Of a stretch of DNA of 64,000 nucleotides, positions 63,401-64,000 are shown piece after piece. Position numbers and translations under genes: made by a program. How positions within the stretch are numbered: the first letter of the stretch is position 1; the number at the start of each line of letters is the position of its first letter. This DNA is from Obrimoposthia wandeli (taxonomy: Eukaryota): contig CDROCS010000586.1 in assembly GCA_977020255.1 (NCBI GenBank), positions 124,001 to 188,000 on the forward strand, written 5' to 3'. The notes beneath the pieces were generated by a model. That model did not search any database and was not told where the DNA came from. It saw only the letters and a list, made by a program, of their open reading frames with translations.

Positions 63401-64000
63401 AGCATGTATGTATCGAGTGGTGTCATCTTCAGTATTTTGACACAGACTAATTATCTCGTTTCCGACTTCAACAATGTTGATTACTCGGTTGATACTGTGG
63501 AACTTTAATCCAGCAGTATCTATATCTCCTGGATGACATAAAAATACTTTTGGCATTATCTGTGTAATTTTATCGACTCCGGCTAAAAATAACCCGGTTA
63601 ATGATAATGCTTGGAGGAAATTCTTTTCCTTTGGGTCCTCAGGAATGTCGTCCATCCGTCTTTGTTCTTGCAACAGAAGTTGGTAATTTGCCAACTGTCC
63701 CAAAAAATTAAGATTTGGGTTTGCAATACTTCTTCTCTCCTGTAGGTATTTTAGCGCTTCTAGTACCTGCATTCGTCTAGTCTTTATTAGGTATGCTAAT
63801 ACTAGAGTTGCTGATCGAGAAATTCCTTTCTGACAATGTACCAACACTTTTCCTCGGTTCCGGAGTTCTCTGTGAAGTATTTCGTTTGTTTCTACGAACC
63901 ATTCGAGAAGATTAGCGTCCATTGAGTCTTTTACTCTTAATGTCATAGCTCTGATTGTCTGATATTGTGATTTGTGATTCATTGTAACGTTGATCACGTA
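60416..64000 (-). CDS. C-terminal >1193 aa of a retroelement-borne polyprotein: dual-specificity phosphatase, pseudo-phosphatase, three signal peptide/TM modules; open past the window edge
   Basis: Uninterrupted frame (TAC at 64000-63998 is in frame). VHCQKGISRSATLVLAYL at 63838-63812; a second DSP fold at aa ~144-283; alternating signal-like and TM segments. Lies between the window edge and the 3' LTR. Confidence 0.9.
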   Translation of the reverse strand, partial: YVINVTMNHKSQYQTIRAMTLRVKDSMDANLLEWFVETNEILHRELRNRGKVLVHCQKGISRSATLVLAYLIKTRRMQVLEALKYLQERRSIANPNLNFLGQLANYQLLLQEQRRMDDIPEDPKEKNFLQALSLTGLFLAGVDKITQIMPKVFLCHPGDIDTAGLKFHSINRVINIVEVGNEIISLCQNTEDDTTRYIHASNREINDAQQHLTKLTQTIQAEVTEGNGVLIYQKKGTMLAPTIGVSLLVEYHGHTPEEAMVYIKQNRPNTEFKPLLVREIEKYTEKRKQQRETNEATTTVPSFQYQRLLAIGLLSCLMPITGAQEIGSNHGNSSWFNEIHNYTIQYHTPALMMLLVLLGLIDVWIIRKCLRSMRTDSKRFQFVKMKRPNGPTNKVLVYLDERIEDNIVNEAIFYPQNRILNQFRIDYEADRQRTLDQISTTFAGCKRRKRVVKEIQKDADTKGPTYIFDGDVIKTREYGSKRVIIETMEGHKTCLSAKNGFGKLMIQGKPVQLIIGRDGIEEMSKQRQTTKRSNQKQISLKRLIIKTLCKRSVKALCTVVQGLIYGVVIGLVLQAMPTSKAELMTLSEYNLHLRNLDNTLEIIKTSHSRAVMIMCVKGCPGRMCIVPATEMITLNGHYGVSVVTCEDYIFGQTKIVLLSDMSNQSAHKFKILTIKSKGIPAVRYGILELVNPILALIIGFIILILLILFCCTKLELRSKKKRHDLARRTGQMNLQNFNTIIPSPPFLDEPAPEYQPTIYEHIEERPYYMSNLTCFIEVPEFRNRTIIGIMLIIQITTTKASYEIMISKWRQDVIRAVYIEIPLLKTNHVVDIHLQTSATDNIDQKLYVIRQVRIKIDQNTPVYNLILLYHERVLYLRITISKRKRIIQSIRTKSLILPRDERIWKIVDRIMITGRRRKTVWNSVRIFFRLLETDRVTVMCPNPDGGIRFEIQSQMLVPHFNTECLCNRIASNTTETSTIIMIITGEIFYITLRYQNRRFRKSGISIKPRKIIPKRPILVKKKAKVIESKRHSKNQTVIRTKTEAKEKELNPRNKSTINKRTRVQGTIPLDPKHHFQSKIIIPVPSETKHPNPRIFRKSDIIHGNRSKPMEMSFEPTNNKMKYDYKSSDSGITAVNALIGMAVVSTAVVLLTIVCVKGSQVCPGIRRKCEGLRCCDTPTMEEVELRPLPPPPIKI

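Overview
AT-rich animal (invertebrate) genomic DNA with GC-rich exons and very short (45-56 nt) introns. A planarian-like host is a guess, not shown. (1) About 3.5-30.1 kb: a + strand multi-exon FRMD4-like gene (FERM lobes plus CUPID/DUF3338 coiled coil plus long low-complexity tail). I assembled it by hand as a splice-phase-consistent exon chain, with DNA-transposon and LINE relics and tandem arrays in its introns. (2) About 30-50 kb: TE relics (pogo/Tigger, mariner, Chapaev3-like, L2, MITEs), one nearly intact DD37D maT transposon, and a few candidate exons of an unidentified - strand gene. (3) 50.2-64 kb: a nest of related Ty3/gypsy-type LTR retroelements. A decayed + strand element has an LTR end, an 18-nt tRNA PBS, gag, a chuvirus-like (class III, gB-like) glycoprotein half placed BEFORE an aspartic protease, and two antisense insertions. 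These are a 1956-bp solo LTR (TSD CATC) and the 2364-bp 3' LTR of a large element running off the right edge. The 3' end of that large element is the highlight. It has an intact >1193-aa reading frame with an active dual-specificity phosphatase, a pseudo-phosphatase, and three tandem signal peptide-ectodomain-TM-tail modules. Three separate RING-H2 + CxCxxC E3-ligase ORFs follow, each with a splice acceptor 0-2 nt before its ATG, and the last ends in a SUMO-interacting IDLT motif. This looks like a virus-style host-manipulation or anti-silencing accessory cassette carried by a giant LTR retroelement. All family assignments come from motif recognition by eye; no searches were run.
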